Positions 1 to 10,288 of a stretch of 64,000 bases of DNA are shown one piece after another. The notes beneath the pieces were generated by a model that saw only the letters and a list, made by a program, of their open reading frames with translations, had not been told where the DNA came from and did not search any database. Origin of the DNA: Candidatus Latescibacterota bacterium (lineage in GTDB: Bacteria; Latescibacterota; UBA2968; GCA-2709665); contig OZ252100.1 in the NCBI GenBank assembly GCA_965248435.1, positions 2,016,001-2,080,000 on the forward strand, given 5' to 3'. Every line of letters starts with the position of its first letter. Position 1 is the first letter of the stretch. A program made the position numbers and the translations under genes.

Positions 1-566
1 ATCGGGAGCTGGGCGTGGCCCGCTTCGTCCAGCGCTTTTCGGATCACGCCTACACGCCCGTCCATCATGTCGGAAGGGGCGACCATATCCACCCCCGCCG
101 CGGCGTGAGAAACCGCCTCCTTGGCCAGAAGCTGCACTGTCTTATCGTTGTCTACATCCTCGCCCGAAACCACGCCGCAGTGCCCGTGAGATGTGTATTC
201 GCAGAGGCAAACGTCTGTGATTACAAGGAGGTCCGGCACACTCGCCTTTATGTCGCGAATCGCCCGCTGAATGATGCCCTGATCGTCATATGCTTCGCTG
301 CCAACCTCATCTTTTCGCTCGGGGATTCCGAACAGAACTACGGCCGGTATCCCCAGGTCCGCGACTTCCCTGCACGCCTCCACGAGCTTGTCGATCGACA
401 GCTGGTGATTGCCGGGCATAGACCCGATTTCTCGCTCGACCCCGGTCCCCGGGCAGACGAAGAAGGGCATAACCAGGTCATCCACGGACAGTCGGGTTTC
501 CCTGACCAGGCGACGGATCTTCTCGTTCGCCCTCAAGCGACGCAGGCGGGTTTGTGGAAAAGCCAC
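1..566 (-). CDS. hemB: Porphobilinogen synthase (delta-aminolevulinate dehydratase), 3' part runs off the window
   Basis: Manual minus-strand translation from GTG 566 (AGGAG SD upstream): [12 protein letters not shown]...[14 protein letters not shown]...[10 protein letters not shown]. Not in the ORF track; the + ORF 15..572 is its shadow. Confidence 0.95.
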   Translation of the reverse strand, partial: MAFPQTRLRRLRANEKIRRLVRETRLSVDDLVMPFFVCPGTGVEREIGSMPGNHQLSIDKLVEACREVADLGIPAVVLFGIPERKDEVGSEAYDDQGIIQRAIRDIKASVPDLLVITDVCLCEYTSHGHCGVVSGEDVDNDKTVQLLAKEAVSHAAAGVDMVAPSDMMDGRVGVIRKALDEAGHAQLP

Positions 567-670
567 ACTTAACTCCTGAATCATCTCCGGGTTACGCCTG
601 CGGTCAATATACGCCGATTTTTCACAGAGCGCAACGACTGCCGGGTCCTTTTATAATCGGCTTATTGGCG

Positions 671-2917
671 TTAAGACTCTAATCCGGGTGAGCGCCCCCC
701 GGCCACCGCCAGTCGGTCGACTGGCAGGCTCACCGGAGCATCCCCACGGATCAAAAACTTGCGGATCAGTCGCTCGTAAATGCCCACAAAGTCGGCGCGC
801 CCGTTGTGCGAGTTGTAAAAATAGCAGATCGGATTCGGGTTGATTTCAAGGATAGTGGGTCCTGATTCACCCAGGATGAGGTCGATGGCGTAGAACCCCA
901 GATCGATCACGCGGGATACGGCTTTCGTAATTTCGCCAAACAATCCAAGGAGCTCCGGTTCCAGGATTCTGACCGCCCTCCCGTCCGACTGGTGCAACGG
1001 ATTCAACGCCGACGGACCGTCCGACCCGTGTCCCGCCTTCTCATAGGCCAGAAGCAGCTCATCCTGACTGGCAACGACACGAAACTCCCGTCCCGAAACA
1101 AAGGCCTGGAAGAGAAGCACGTTGTCAAAGTAGGTGCTGCTTTGGCACAACTCCCTGAGGCGCTTTTCCAAATCCTCCCGACACGATTCCAGATATACCC
1201 CCTGGGCAAGAGATCCCCAGTTCCGCTTGATCACGATCGGATAGTCGAAACGCCGTTCCACGTCTTCCACGATCGCTTCGAACGAGGTGTGGCGCTTGTA
1301 ACGGTCGAATCTTGCATCTGCGAGCGGGTTGAACACCTTCATCGTCTGCGGAACCGGCAGCCCGGCATCCTGGAAGAGTTCGTACTGATAGGCCTTGTCC
1401 TCCGCAAGCCGCGCGCCCACATAGTCATTGAAGGGGTGTTTGTTCCGAAGAAAATAGATCTTCCGCTCGGCGAACACCAACTGCAGCATGTTTCCATCTT
1501 CGGACACAGAGAAACAGTCAATGTCCAGGTTTTGGCACGCACGCTCGAGACAGGTCAGGCATTCCAGATGCATCTCCTCGACAAAACCGTCTCGTTCGCG
1601 TGGAAGATCAAGGAGTTCCCGAGCCTGGGACACCATCGCCAGGGAGCCAAGCACGCAGAGGAAATCATCGTCAGAAAGGCGCCCAAACTCGCGCTTCAAC
1701 GCCTGGAAACCGTTCGGCTCACACCGTGCAGGCGTTTCAGGGCCAAGATACTCACTCAGCACCTCGGCAGAGATCGCCCTGGGGTGACCGGACTGCGTGA
1801 GCACGATCTCCTCGGCAAGAGGTTCGATCACACGAAGGATGCCGGCGGCATCGTGCCCTGCGTTCACCCCAACGACAAAGCGCCACTTTTCGGAGACCGC
1901 TCGAAGGTCTTTGACCAGCATTCGGGCGGCGGCAGGGTTGTGGGCACCATCCAGAAGAATCCAGGGCGCCTTCCGAACGATCTCGAATCGCCCCGGCCAC
2001 GCGTGGGATCTGATCGCGTCTAGGGCGACCCCATCTCGGAACGTCGGCCCCAAAAGGTGTTGTGCCACAGCAGCCGCAAGCTGAGCGTTCTGATGGAAGG
2101 TGGCCGGACGGTCCAGGAATCGCAAATCACCGGGGAAGGACGCCGGCAGGCTTCCGTCAGGGCCGGTCACGCTGTTTTGACCACACACGTATATCGGCAC
2201 GCCCGACTGGGTGCCCAGCTCCCGAATTCGATCGAGTGCCTCTTCCGGCTGTGCCTCTGTCGTGAACAAAGGCCTTCCGCTTCGACTGATCTGAAACTTC
2301 TCCGAGACGATCTCTCCAAGCGTGTGACCCAGCACCTCCGCGTGATCGATGTTGATCGTGGTCAACACGGCCAGGTCTGCGTCCATCGAGTTCGTCGCGT
2401 CGAAGCGCCCGCCTAATCCAACCTCGAAGACACCGTAGTCCACGCCTTCCCGGGCGAAAAGATCCGCGGCGATCGCCGTCAGGGCTTCGAACTTGCTGAA
2501 GGGGCCAACTCCCTCGCGTTCGAAGTCCCGGCTCTTTTCGTAGAGACGCGTTACCGCCTCCGCCCAGGGATCCTTTGCCACGGCCACGCCATCCACTTGA
2601 ATACGTTCCCTGATCGTATGAAGATGAGGCGAGGTGTAAAGACCGACCCGCTTGCCGAACGCGCTCAGGAGCGCCGCGAGCAGGCTGCTCACGGTGCCCT
2701 TTCCGTTCGTACCGCTGATTACGATCGATGCGAACTTCGCTTCCGGGTTCTCCAGGCGGCGGAGTAGCGCCGCGATCCGAGGCAGGTAGTCTTCGGGTCT
2801 ACCCGCTACCGTTCCACCTCTTTCCCAATCATCCAGCGTGTCGAGATACCGCTTGCTCTGAAAGTAATCCATCCCCATCCGAACGATCCCCCTCGTGTCA
2901 CACTTCGTGATGGACAC
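671..2917 (-). CDS. FolC-like folylpolyglutamate/dihydrofolate synthase fused to a C-terminal ATP-grasp domain
   Basis: N-terminal GTNGKGT, YTSPHL, EVGLGGRFDATN, WPGRFE, LDGAHNP; C-terminal EDKAY, PIVIKRNWGSLAQGV, GREFRV, AIDLI, ILEINPNP (ATP-grasp). True start may be a few codons downstream. Confidence 0.85.
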   Translation of the reverse strand: MSITKCDTRGIVRMGMDYFQSKRYLDTLDDWERGGTVAGRPEDYLPRIAALLRRLENPEAKFASIVISGTNGKGTVSSLLAALLSAFGKRVGLYTSPHLHTIRERIQVDGVAVAKDPWAEAVTRLYEKSRDFEREGVGPFSKFEALTAIAADLFAREGVDYGVFEVGLGGRFDATNSMDADLAVLTTINIDHAEVLGHTLGEIVSEKFQISRSGRPLFTTEAQPEEALDRIRELGTQSGVPIYVCGQNSVTGPDGSLPASFPGDLRFLDRPATFHQNAQLAAAVAQHLLGPTFRDGVALDAIRSHAWPGRFEIVRKAPWILLDGAHNPAAARMLVKDLRAVSEKWRFVVGVNAGHDAAGILRVIEPLAEEIVLTQSGHPRAISAEVLSEYLGPETPARCEPNGFQALKREFGRLSDDDFLCVLGSLAMVSQARELLDLPRERDGFVEEMHLECLTCLERACQNLDIDCFSVSEDGNMLQLVFAERKIYFLRNKHPFNDYVGARLAEDKAYQYELFQDAGLPVPQTMKVFNPLADARFDRYKRHTSFEAIVEDVERRFDYPIVIKRNWGSLAQGVYLESCREDLEKRLRELCQSSTYFDNVLLFQAFVSGREFRVVASQDELLLAYEKAGHGSDGPSALNPLHQSDGRAVRILEPELLGLFGEITKAVSRVIDLGFYAIDLILGESGPTILEINPNPICYFYNSHNGRADFVGIYERLIRKFLIRGDAPVSLPVDRLAVAGGRSPGLES

Positions 2918-2925
2918 CCGCGAAC

Positions 2926-2956
2926 GAAAAAACTCACCCCGGATGAAGGTGAGTTT
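2926..2956 (-). terminator. Intrinsic terminator downstream of rpmB
   Basis: Minus strand AAACTCACC-loop-GGTGAGTTT followed by a T-run. Confidence 0.65.
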
Positions 2957-2982
2957 CGAACGGATGACACCTGTTCAAGAAA

Positions 2983-3171
2983 CTAAGCGGCTTTGGCCAC
3001 ACGGCCCGACTTGATGCACTGCGTACAGACGCGGAGGCGCTTCGGCCCGCCGTTTACGACCGCGCGCACACGCCTCAGATTCGGCTTGAAGCGTCGCTTC
3101 TTCTTATTGTTGGCGTGACTGACGTGGTTCCCCGTCATCGGCCCTTTACCACAAATCGCACACCTCGCCAT
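2983..3171 (-). CDS. rpmB: 50S ribosomal protein L28 (Zn-ribbon type)
   Basis: [32 protein letters not shown]...[10 protein letters not shown]. Confidence 0.97.
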   Translation of the reverse strand: MARCAICGKGPMTGNHVSHANNKKKRRFKPNLRRVRAVVNGGPKRLRVCTQCIKSGRVAKAA

Positions 3172-3382
3172 AGTCCGGAAATCTCCAGTGAAAACTTGGA
3201 ACCACCATATAAACAACTGCTAAATATAAGGTACGGGCTGAAAATTACAAGCAATTTTTGAAATCAAGGAGGTGCCCCGCCGGATCGATCTTCCGCCCTT
3301 GACAAAAATAGGGTCTTAACCGATTTTTCTGCAGGCGGCAGATTAGATTCAGACGACAGGGAGTCGAATTTTGAGTCCACAA

Positions 3383-4750
3383 ATGCACAAAGTCAGCCTG
3401 GTCACATTGGGGTGCCCCAAGAACACCGTAGACTCCGAGCGAATGTTTCGGATGCTGGAACTGAACGGGTACGCGCTGTCGGACATCCCCGAAGAGGCGG
3501 ACCTGATCATCGTCAACACGTGCGGATTCATTCAGCCAGCAAAGGAAGAGTCCATCTCAGCTGCGCTGGAGGCGGCGGACTACAAGCGGACCGGCCGCTG
3601 CAAAGGCTTGATCGTCACCGGCTGTTTGGCCGAACGTTACACAGAGGACCTGAAGAAGGAGCTGGTTGAGGCAGACCTGATCATTGGATTGGCCGCGGAG
3701 AAGGATATCGTGCGCCACTGCGACCGGCTTCTCGGCGTCGAGAGGGCAGGCGTCGCCCTGGACGACAGATCGCGCCACCTGCTGACCCCGAGGCCGTGGG
3801 GCTACCTGCGGATTTCGGACGGTTGCGACAGAAAGTGCGCCTTTTGCGCGATTCCAGGCATAAAAGGGCCCAGCAAAAGCGAATCCATCGAATACCTCGT
3901 TGCAGAAGCGGTCCGAATGGTGGCCGGCGGCGTCAAAGAGATCGCGCTGGTTGCTCAGGATACGATGCGGTATGGCGCCGACATCTACAACAAGATTCGC
4001 CTGACCGATCTTATTCGTGAACTGATTCGCATCGAAGGGCTGGAATGGCTGCGACTGCTCTACACCTATCCTTCGGGGTGGAGAGATGACCTGATCGATC
4101 TCCTGTCGACTGAAGAAAAGCTCTGTGCCTACGTGGACATGCCGATCCAGCACGCGTCCGACCCGATCCTCAAGGCGATGAATCGAGGCACCACCCGATC
4201 CGCGATAGGCAAACTCATCCGAAACCTGCGGACTCGAGTGCCCAACCTCACGATCCGGTCGTCTGTCATCGTAGGTTTCCCCGGTGAAGAAGAGCATCAC
4301 TTTCAGGAGCTGGTCGACTTTGTAGATGAAGCCCAGTTCAGCCGATTGGCAGGATTCCTCTACTCTCACGAGGAGGGCACGACAGCCGGGATGAAAATCG
4401 ACACGGTCTCAGAATCAGAGAAACGGGAGCGGCTCGACCGACTGATGTCCCATCAGGCCATGATCTCTGCAGAAGTCAACAGGCAGTACATCGGACAAAC
4501 ATTCGACGTGCTCGTTGAAGAGGTCTCTGACGACCCGGATTTCGATTACGTTGGGAGAACGAGGATGGACGCACCGGAAATCGACGGCCAGGTCTTCATA
4601 TCGGGCTCTGCGAGAGTTGGGGAATTCGCGGATGTTCGGATCACAGATTCACTCGACTATGACCTGATCGGCCGCGCCGTCGACAACACCCCGCTCCTCA
4701 ACATCTCTCAGCCAGACGTCAGCTCGGCGTCCACCCGATCCGCCACATGA
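3383..4750 (+). CDS. rimO: Ribosomal protein S12 methylthiotransferase
   Basis: TLGCPKN, NTCGFI, radical SAM CDRKCAFC, DAPEIDG, C-terminal TRAM domain. Confidence 0.93.
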   Translation: MHKVSLVTLGCPKNTVDSERMFRMLELNGYALSDIPEEADLIIVNTCGFIQPAKEESISAALEAADYKRTGRCKGLIVTGCLAERYTEDLKKELVEADLIIGLAAEKDIVRHCDRLLGVERAGVALDDRSRHLLTPRPWGYLRISDGCDRKCAFCAIPGIKGPSKSESIEYLVAEAVRMVAGGVKEIALVAQDTMRYGADIYNKIRLTDLIRELIRIEGLEWLRLLYTYPSGWRDDLIDLLSTEEKLCAYVDMPIQHASDPILKAMNRGTTRSAIGKLIRNLRTRVPNLTIRSSVIVGFPGEEEHHFQELVDFVDEAQFSRLAGFLYSHEEGTTAGMKIDTVSESEKRERLDRLMSHQAMISAEVNRQYIGQTFDVLVEEVSDDPDFDYVGRTRMDAPEIDGQVFISGSARVGEFADVRITDSLDYDLIGRAVDNTPLLNISQPDVSSASTRSAT

Positions 4751-5232
4751 CGATCATCGCGGCAATGACCAACGACGGTGTGATTGGCAGTGGAAACACG
4801 ATGCCGTGGCGTATCCCTGAAGAAAGCGGACACTTCAGGAAGACGACGATGGGAGGCACCGTTGTCATGGGGCGAAAGACCTTCGAATCCATGGGATGCC
4901 GCCCGCTCTTCGGACGAAACAACATCGTCGTCAGTCGGACCCTGGCTGAAACCGAGGGCATAGACATTTGCGACTCGCTGGATGCGGCACTCGAAAAGGC
5001 CGCCTCTTACGGTAAGGAGATCTTCATCGCGGGCGGCGCCGAGATCTACCGGAATGCCCTTCCGTTTGCCGACAAGCTTTGTCTCTCTTACATTAAAGAA
5101 GCCTACGAAGGGGACACCCATTTCCCCGAATTCGACCCGAATGAGTGGGACGTCGTCGAAGAGACTGATCATTCTGAATTCGTTTTGAAAGTCTTTCAGA
5201 GGAAACGCGGAAATGGATCAACGTCAGTCTAG
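4747..5232 (+). CDS. folA: Dihydrofolate reductase
   Basis: IAAM..GVIG..NTMPW, VMGRKTFES, IAGGAEIY, EGDTHFP. Confidence 0.95.
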   Translation: MTIIAAMTNDGVIGSGNTMPWRIPEESGHFRKTTMGGTVVMGRKTFESMGCRPLFGRNNIVVSRTLAETEGIDICDSLDAALEKAASYGKEIFIAGGAEIYRNALPFADKLCLSYIKEAYEGDTHFPEFDPNEWDVVEETDHSEFVLKVFQRKRGNGSTSV

Positions 5233-5282
5233 TGATCCACTCATCCTGAGCCGCCAGATACGAAACACGAGATACGTTTAAG

Positions 5283-6119
5283 ATGAAGCCCTATTTGGAC
5301 CAGCTGCGATACATCCTGGAGCACGGCACAGAAAAACAGGACCGGACCGGCGTTGGCACCATCGCCTGTTTCGGGTTTCATACCCGCTACAACGTGGAAG
5401 AGGGGTTTCCTGCCGTGACCACGAAGCAGCTTGCGTGGAAATCCACAGTCTCCGAGCTCCTGTGGTTCATTTCCGGGTCCGACAACATCAACGATCTCAA
5501 GCAGATTTACAGGCACAACAAGCTGTGGGATGGGAATTATCAGGATTACCTTGAAAGGATCGGTCAGCCTGAAAACGATGGGTCGATGGGTCGCATCTAC
5601 GGCGTTCAGTGGAGAGACTGGCGGAACGGGGAGAAGCGCGTTGACCAGCTCCAGGAAGCGATCCACACGATACGGACGAACCCGGACTCCCGGAGAATCA
5701 TCGTGAGTGCCTGGAACGCTGCCGAAGTGGATTTACAGGACGTGGCGCTGCCTCCATGCCACGCCTTCTTTCAGTTCTTCGTCGCCGACGGCAGGCTTTC
5801 CCTGCAGATGTATCAACGCTCCTGCGACATGTTCCTGGGTGTGCCGCTCAACATCGCCTCCTATTCCCTTCTGCTTTGCATGGTTGCAAAAATAACGGAC
5901 CTCAAACCCCACGAATTCATTCTCACGATGGGTGATGCCCACATCTACAAGAATCATATTGGACAGGTGGAAGAGCAGCTCTCGAGGACGCCCTTTCCTC
6001 CGCCCCAACTCAAGATCGAGGAAAGGGAGCAGCGGCAGATCGAAGAGTTTGTGATGGATGATTTCGAACTGCTGAACTATCAGCATCATCCACGGATCAG
6101 GGCCGAAATGGCAGTGTAA
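5283..6119 (+). CDS. thyA: Thymidylate synthase
   Basis: DRTGVGT, SRRIIVSAWN, ALPPCH, YQRSCDMFLGVPLN, C-terminal MAV. Confidence 0.97.
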   Translation: MKPYLDQLRYILEHGTEKQDRTGVGTIACFGFHTRYNVEEGFPAVTTKQLAWKSTVSELLWFISGSDNINDLKQIYRHNKLWDGNYQDYLERIGQPENDGSMGRIYGVQWRDWRNGEKRVDQLQEAIHTIRTNPDSRRIIVSAWNAAEVDLQDVALPPCHAFFQFFVADGRLSLQMYQRSCDMFLGVPLNIASYSLLLCMVAKITDLKPHEFILTMGDAHIYKNHIGQVEEQLSRTPFPPPQLKIEEREQRQIEEFVMDDFELLNYQHHPRIRAEMAV

Positions 6120-6185
6120 CTCACCATTCAGCGAGAAGTGGAGTTTTCTGAAACCAATGTTATCTGTTACATCATCTGCTTCGCG

Positions 6186-6376
6186 ATTCTGGAGTGTTGC
6201 AGTACTGGAGTGTTGGAGTATCGGGAAATCTTTCCCTTCTATTGCTCCATTAATCGATTCGCCCGCTATTTCGAACTTTCATCTCCCCGATTCTGGAGTA
6301 TTGCATTACTGGAGTGGTGGAGTATTGAAAACCCTGCCTTCTCATTACTCCATTACTCCATGCACCCACTACTCCG
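6186..6376. repeat. Intergenic 8-nt-periodic inverted-repeat element (TGGAGTRY...TACTCCA), copy 1
   Basis: ttctggagtgttgcagtactggagtgttggagta and a second similar arm, then cattactccattactcc; related copies at ~15720 and ~20300. Confidence 0.75.
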
Positions 6377-6445
6377 GCACTAGCGCTTTTATTCCTTGTC
6401 CCTCCATCCCTCCAGCACTCGCGTTTCATTAGACCCGGAACTGAT

Positions 6446-7219
6446 TTGTCCTACGCCATCATCCTGTTGGTAGAAAACCCTGATGACAATCGACTCACCG
6501 GGGTGGTGTCGTCGCTGCGCGATTTGTGCAGTCATCCCGTCGAGGCCGCGAATCTCACGAATCTCGCGCCGATGTTACGGAGTGCCACTGAAACAGGCGC
6601 GGATGAGATCGTGGTCCTCCCCCTATTTCTGCAGTTTCCTGCACGCCTGGAGGCCGAGTTGTCCCGCGAGGTCGAGGCCGCGAAATTGGCCTGTCCGCAG
6701 GCCCAAATCACCCTGGCCCCTGCCATTGGATTCGGCCGCGGGGTGCGGGATCTGCTGGCAAACCGTGTGGAGCAGGCAATTTCGAGCCTGGAGGGAAGCG
6801 CCGGCGTGCCGATTCTTGAAATAGGGGGTCCGATGGCCACCCCCACTGCTTTCAGCTACCCTGATTTCAGGCAGCTGCCGGACCAGATCCCTGACGTCAG
6901 CCAGGTGATCTCCGGACGACCCGGCGGCGGGGTCTGGGTCAGAACGCTTCTCGAGCGTGTCGGCGTCAAACCCGACGCGACACAAGCGGTCTTCTACGCA
7001 CGAGAAGACGGTTTTTCCGCCAATGTCGCTCTGAAAGATCTCCGTGAAAACGGATTGATGATCTACCAGCTGGACGAACAGCCCCTGCCAACCCGGGAGG
7101 GCGGACCGCTGCGTCTCCTCATCCCGGGTGTAGAAGACCGCTGTTCGAACATCAAAGGCGTATCACGACTGGAAATCCATTCTGGATCAAAACGACCCGA
7201 GGCGACCGATTCGGCATGA
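6446..7219 (+). CDS. CbiX/SirB-like N-terminal domain fused to a molybdopterin-oxidoreductase (Oxidored_molyb)-like domain
   Basis: IVVLPLFL...ITLAPAIG (chelatase-like fold); DGFSANV...YQLDEQPLPTREGGPLRLLIPG...NIKGVSRLE. Confidence 0.65.
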   Translation: MSYAIILLVENPDDNRLTGVVSSLRDLCSHPVEAANLTNLAPMLRSATETGADEIVVLPLFLQFPARLEAELSREVEAAKLACPQAQITLAPAIGFGRGVRDLLANRVEQAISSLEGSAGVPILEIGGPMATPTAFSYPDFRQLPDQIPDVSQVISGRPGGGVWVRTLLERVGVKPDATQAVFYAREDGFSANVALKDLRENGLMIYQLDEQPLPTREGGPLRLLIPGVEDRCSNIKGVSRLEIHSGSKRPEATDSA

Positions 7220-8043
7220 AAGGCTTGAATCCAATCACAACGCTCCTCACGCTCATCCTCGGCGCTGGCCTCCCCTCAGTCGCGGCGCCCCAGGACCTGG
7301 ATGAGCTCCGTGCGACCACGAAGGACAAATACACCAAGGTGGTGACCGGGGGACAGATCCCGACGGAACTCCAGATTCTCTACAGACAGCTTTCCGACCG
7401 CGACCCGGCTGTGAGGATCAAGGCCGTACAGTCCCTGTCCCTCATCGGCGGACCGATGAGCGCCCTCATTCTCGCCCAGGCCATCGACGACAGCCTCGAG
7501 CGAGACGCGGCCGTAAGGATAGAAGCGGCGAAAGGCCTCGGAGACATCGGAGGGCGGCAGGCGCTGGAGGTACTCGGGATCGGCCTGGATGACCGTGACG
7601 CGACCGTGCGAAAGAGGACGGTCGCGTCCCTCCGTTGGGCAGGCACCGTCTTCGCCGTCCCATACATTCAGGCTGCCCTTCGAGGCGATCAGGAGATAGG
7701 GGTGCGGCTCGAGGCGGTCAGAATGCTCCGGAAGATCGGAACACAATTCAGCGTTCAGCCGCTGGTTGAGGCCCTGATGGGAGACCGGGACAACGGCGTG
7801 AGAATCGCCGCCGCCGATGCCCTTGGAGAGGTCGGTAAGAAGGAGCGGCAGGTGGCCCGTTTCCTTGGAGAGGCCTACCGGCAGGAGAAGGACATGGGTG
7901 TGAAGATGGAGATCGTCGGCTCAATGGGCCTCGTGCGGGATCGGGCCGGTCTTCCCTTCCTTCGTGAGGCCATGGAAGACCGGAGTTCGACGGTACGGAT
8001 GCACGCGACTCAAATCTACGGCCGGGTCCTCGGGCTTCAATAA
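7216..8043 (+). CDS. Secreted HEAT-repeat protein
   Basis: Signal-peptide-like N-terminus; repeated VRxxAAxALGxIG units. Confidence 0.85.
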   Translation: MKGLNPITTLLTLILGAGLPSVAAPQDLDELRATTKDKYTKVVTGGQIPTELQILYRQLSDRDPAVRIKAVQSLSLIGGPMSALILAQAIDDSLERDAAVRIEAAKGLGDIGGRQALEVLGIGLDDRDATVRKRTVASLRWAGTVFAVPYIQAALRGDQEIGVRLEAVRMLRKIGTQFSVQPLVEALMGDRDNGVRIAAADALGEVGKKERQVARFLGEAYRQEKDMGVKMEIVGSMGLVRDRAGLPFLREAMEDRSSTVRMHATQIYGRVLGLQ

Positions 8044-8113
8044 GAGAATCTCAAATCCAGCCTGTCCACAATTGATTGTTGGTTGTTAGAATCTTCTCCT
8101 AAGATTTCACCTT

Positions 8114-8140
8114 GGCGAGGGCTTGTCCCCTCGCCTTTTT
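8114..8140 (+). terminator. Intrinsic terminator
   Basis: GGCGAGGG-cttgtc-CCCTCGCC-TTTTT. Confidence 0.7.
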
Positions 8141-8244
8141 CGTGGTCCACGAGATACGGAATTCTTGTCCCGTTACGTGAGATGGTCTATATTGAAATCG
8201 GATGCGAGCTATTCTGACTCCACATCAATTTGAAGGAATTCTGA

Positions 8245-9975
8245 ATGCCCGAAGAGCAATGGTACGTGCTCGTTGGACAGGACCGTGAAGGGCCGTATAC
8301 CACCAAGGAACTTCACTACATGGTGGCTCAAAAGAAGGTCATGGCGGATTCCTTTATATGGCGAAAGGGGCTGAACAACTGGACCCGGATCCGTGAGGTG
8401 GACGAATTTCAGCCGGCCGTAACCGAGGCCGAAGAGAAGTCCGAGGAACAGGTTCGGCCCAAGCGGGAAGCACCGGTGAGGAAAGCCCCTGCCTCGGAAG
8501 AACCGCCCGCCGACGAGGCTCAGGAATCCAGACGGAGAGAGATTCCATTCTTTTTGAGACTTGCGTCTATCATCCTGGCGATCGGTCTGTTATCGAGCGG
8601 CATCTACTGGGTGATCTCTCAGGAGGACGCCAAACGCGCGCAATCATCCGAATCGCTCGCTCCGAAGGCGGAGCTGCAGCGCCTTGCAGATCAAATACAG
8701 TCTGCGGACGGCGCGGAGGCCGAAGCAGAGCTCATCAAGCTCGGAGGCAAAGCGGTCCCGGGCATGCTTCAGCTGTTAGACGGCGGCCTGGGTTCCCTTG
8801 ACCTCCCTGTCGGCCGTGTAAAGCGGATCATTATCGCTATTGGCCCAGTCGCCATCGGACCCCTTATGACGTTTCTGAGCGAGGGCGAATCCGAGGCCTC
8901 TGTCCGCGTCATCGCCGTCCAGGTGCTCGGAGAGATCGGCGGCCCGCGGGTGGTACCTGCCCTGATCGACGTGCTTGACGACCCCAGTCCAGAGGTACAG
9001 GCGGAAGCGGTAGCCGGCTTGAGTGGTCAGGGGCCCGGGCCTGTACGTGCAATGATGAAGCAGCTGACAGACCCCGTGTCCCCACCTTCGCCCCAGGCAA
9101 GAAAAAACCTTGCAAAGGCTCTTGAACCCAACGCCGGTCCGGAAATGGAATCCGACCTTCGCAGGGCAGAAGCCATGGAAGGAGATCCGGAAGTCAAGCA
9201 AGCCCTGGGTGAACTGTTAAGTCACGTCCAGGAGCTCAAGGCCGAGGCGCAGGCGACTTCTGGCGCGCCCTCCAAATTGGAAACCACCGCATCAGGCGCC
9301 TCTGTCGGCCCCGCTCCATCGGCTACGCCTGGTGCGACCGGGTCCGCTCCTCCGCCCAACGTAAACGTGAGCGTCCAGGCTACCGCAGAGGCGCGAGTCA
9401 CAATTTCCGAACCAGACAAGGAATCAGTACGCGACCCGGAAGCCGCGCGCGAACACGCAGAAAAAGGGAATGAGCTCAGGGAACAGGGGGAGAATGAAAA
9501 GGCCCTCGAAGAGTACCAAATGGCCTATCTCCTGAACCCGCTCCAGACCTACTACCTGATCATCCTGGAGCTCGAAGAGGAGGTTCCCGATCCGGGCCGG
9601 TCGGAAGAAGCAGAAGGCCTGGAAGAGCTGGAAGGGTTGCCGCCCGTTCCCGTAACGCTGGAAGAGATCCACGCCGCCCTGGCCGAACCGGAGCCCGACC
9701 TCACCGCCTACAAAGACGCCCCCGGGATGTGGAACGGGAGCCTGGTCAGATCAACGCCGCTCGGGAAGGATGCCGGAATGGACCAGTTTCTGGTCAAAGG
9801 CGAAAAGCCCGGGTTGGATTTTGTAGCTTCGATGCCCGAACGCCAGCGAAGTTTGAAGGATGTGAGGCCTGGAGAGAAGCGCCTGTGGAAGGGAACCCTT
9901 CAGGGCTTCAAGGTCGTGCGGGATGAGGGAAAAGGGCGGATGCTACCCGTGCTTCGCGTCGAGGATGTGGATTGA
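8245..9975 (+). CDS. Membrane protein: GYF_2 (DUF4339) domain, TM helix, HEAT repeats, TPR-like segment
   Basis: WYVLVGQDREGPY...IWRKGLNNW (GYF_2); hydrophobic segment; VRVIAVQVLGEIGG. Confidence 0.8.
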   Translation: MPEEQWYVLVGQDREGPYTTKELHYMVAQKKVMADSFIWRKGLNNWTRIREVDEFQPAVTEAEEKSEEQVRPKREAPVRKAPASEEPPADEAQESRRREIPFFLRLASIILAIGLLSSGIYWVISQEDAKRAQSSESLAPKAELQRLADQIQSADGAEAEAELIKLGGKAVPGMLQLLDGGLGSLDLPVGRVKRIIIAIGPVAIGPLMTFLSEGESEASVRVIAVQVLGEIGGPRVVPALIDVLDDPSPEVQAEAVAGLSGQGPGPVRAMMKQLTDPVSPPSPQARKNLAKALEPNAGPEMESDLRRAEAMEGDPEVKQALGELLSHVQELKAEAQATSGAPSKLETTASGASVGPAPSATPGATGSAPPPNVNVSVQATAEARVTISEPDKESVRDPEAAREHAEKGNELREQGENEKALEEYQMAYLLNPLQTYYLIILELEEEVPDPGRSEEAEGLEELEGLPPVPVTLEEIHAALAEPEPDLTAYKDAPGMWNGSLVRSTPLGKDAGMDQFLVKGEKPGLDFVASMPERQRSLKDVRPGEKRLWKGTLQGFKVVRDEGKGRMLPVLRVEDVD

Positions 9976-10004
9976 ATCCCGACCAAACCAGGTGATAGAT
10001 CTAT

Positions 10005-10039
10005 AAGAAGCCCCCAGGGTAACACCGCGGGGGCTTCTT
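10005..10039. terminator. Hairpin between convergent genes (probable bidirectional terminator)
   Basis: AAGAAGCCCCC...GGGGGCTTCTT. Confidence 0.65.
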
Positions 10040-10047
10040 GACAATCA

Positions 10048-10272
10048 TTACAGAGAGCAGGCGCCCGGCCCCCGGGGATCTCCACACGACCCGCATGGCC
10101 CGATGGGCCCGCTTCCGGAAGGACTTCCCCCGCCCGAACTCACCGCAAACGCAGACAGCTGCTTCTCCAGGCGACGGCTCCCGCACGAAGGGCAACTCGG
10201 CTTTTGCGACCCCTGTAGCAGGACCTCGAAGGCGTGATCACACGCCCCACAGACAAACTCGAAAATTGGCAT
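10048..10272 (-). CDS. FmdB-family zinc-ribbon protein
   Basis: MPIFEFVCGACDHAFE...CPSCGS...KQLSAF; C-terminal CGSCG...C. Confidence 0.9.
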   Translation of the reverse strand: MPIFEFVCGACDHAFEVLLQGSQKPSCPSCGSRRLEKQLSAFAVSSGGGSPSGSGPIGPCGSCGDPRGPGACSL

Positions 10273-10288
10273 CTCTAATACCCTTCCG

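Noticed and set aside
15-572. 185-aa plus-strand ORF
   Set aside because: Antisense shadow of hemB, which is clearly encoded on the minus strand.
6138-6432. Small ORFs over the octamer repeats (also 15672-15898, 20244-21128)
   Set aside because: Translations of repetitive palindromic DNA or antisense to real genes; no protein motifs.
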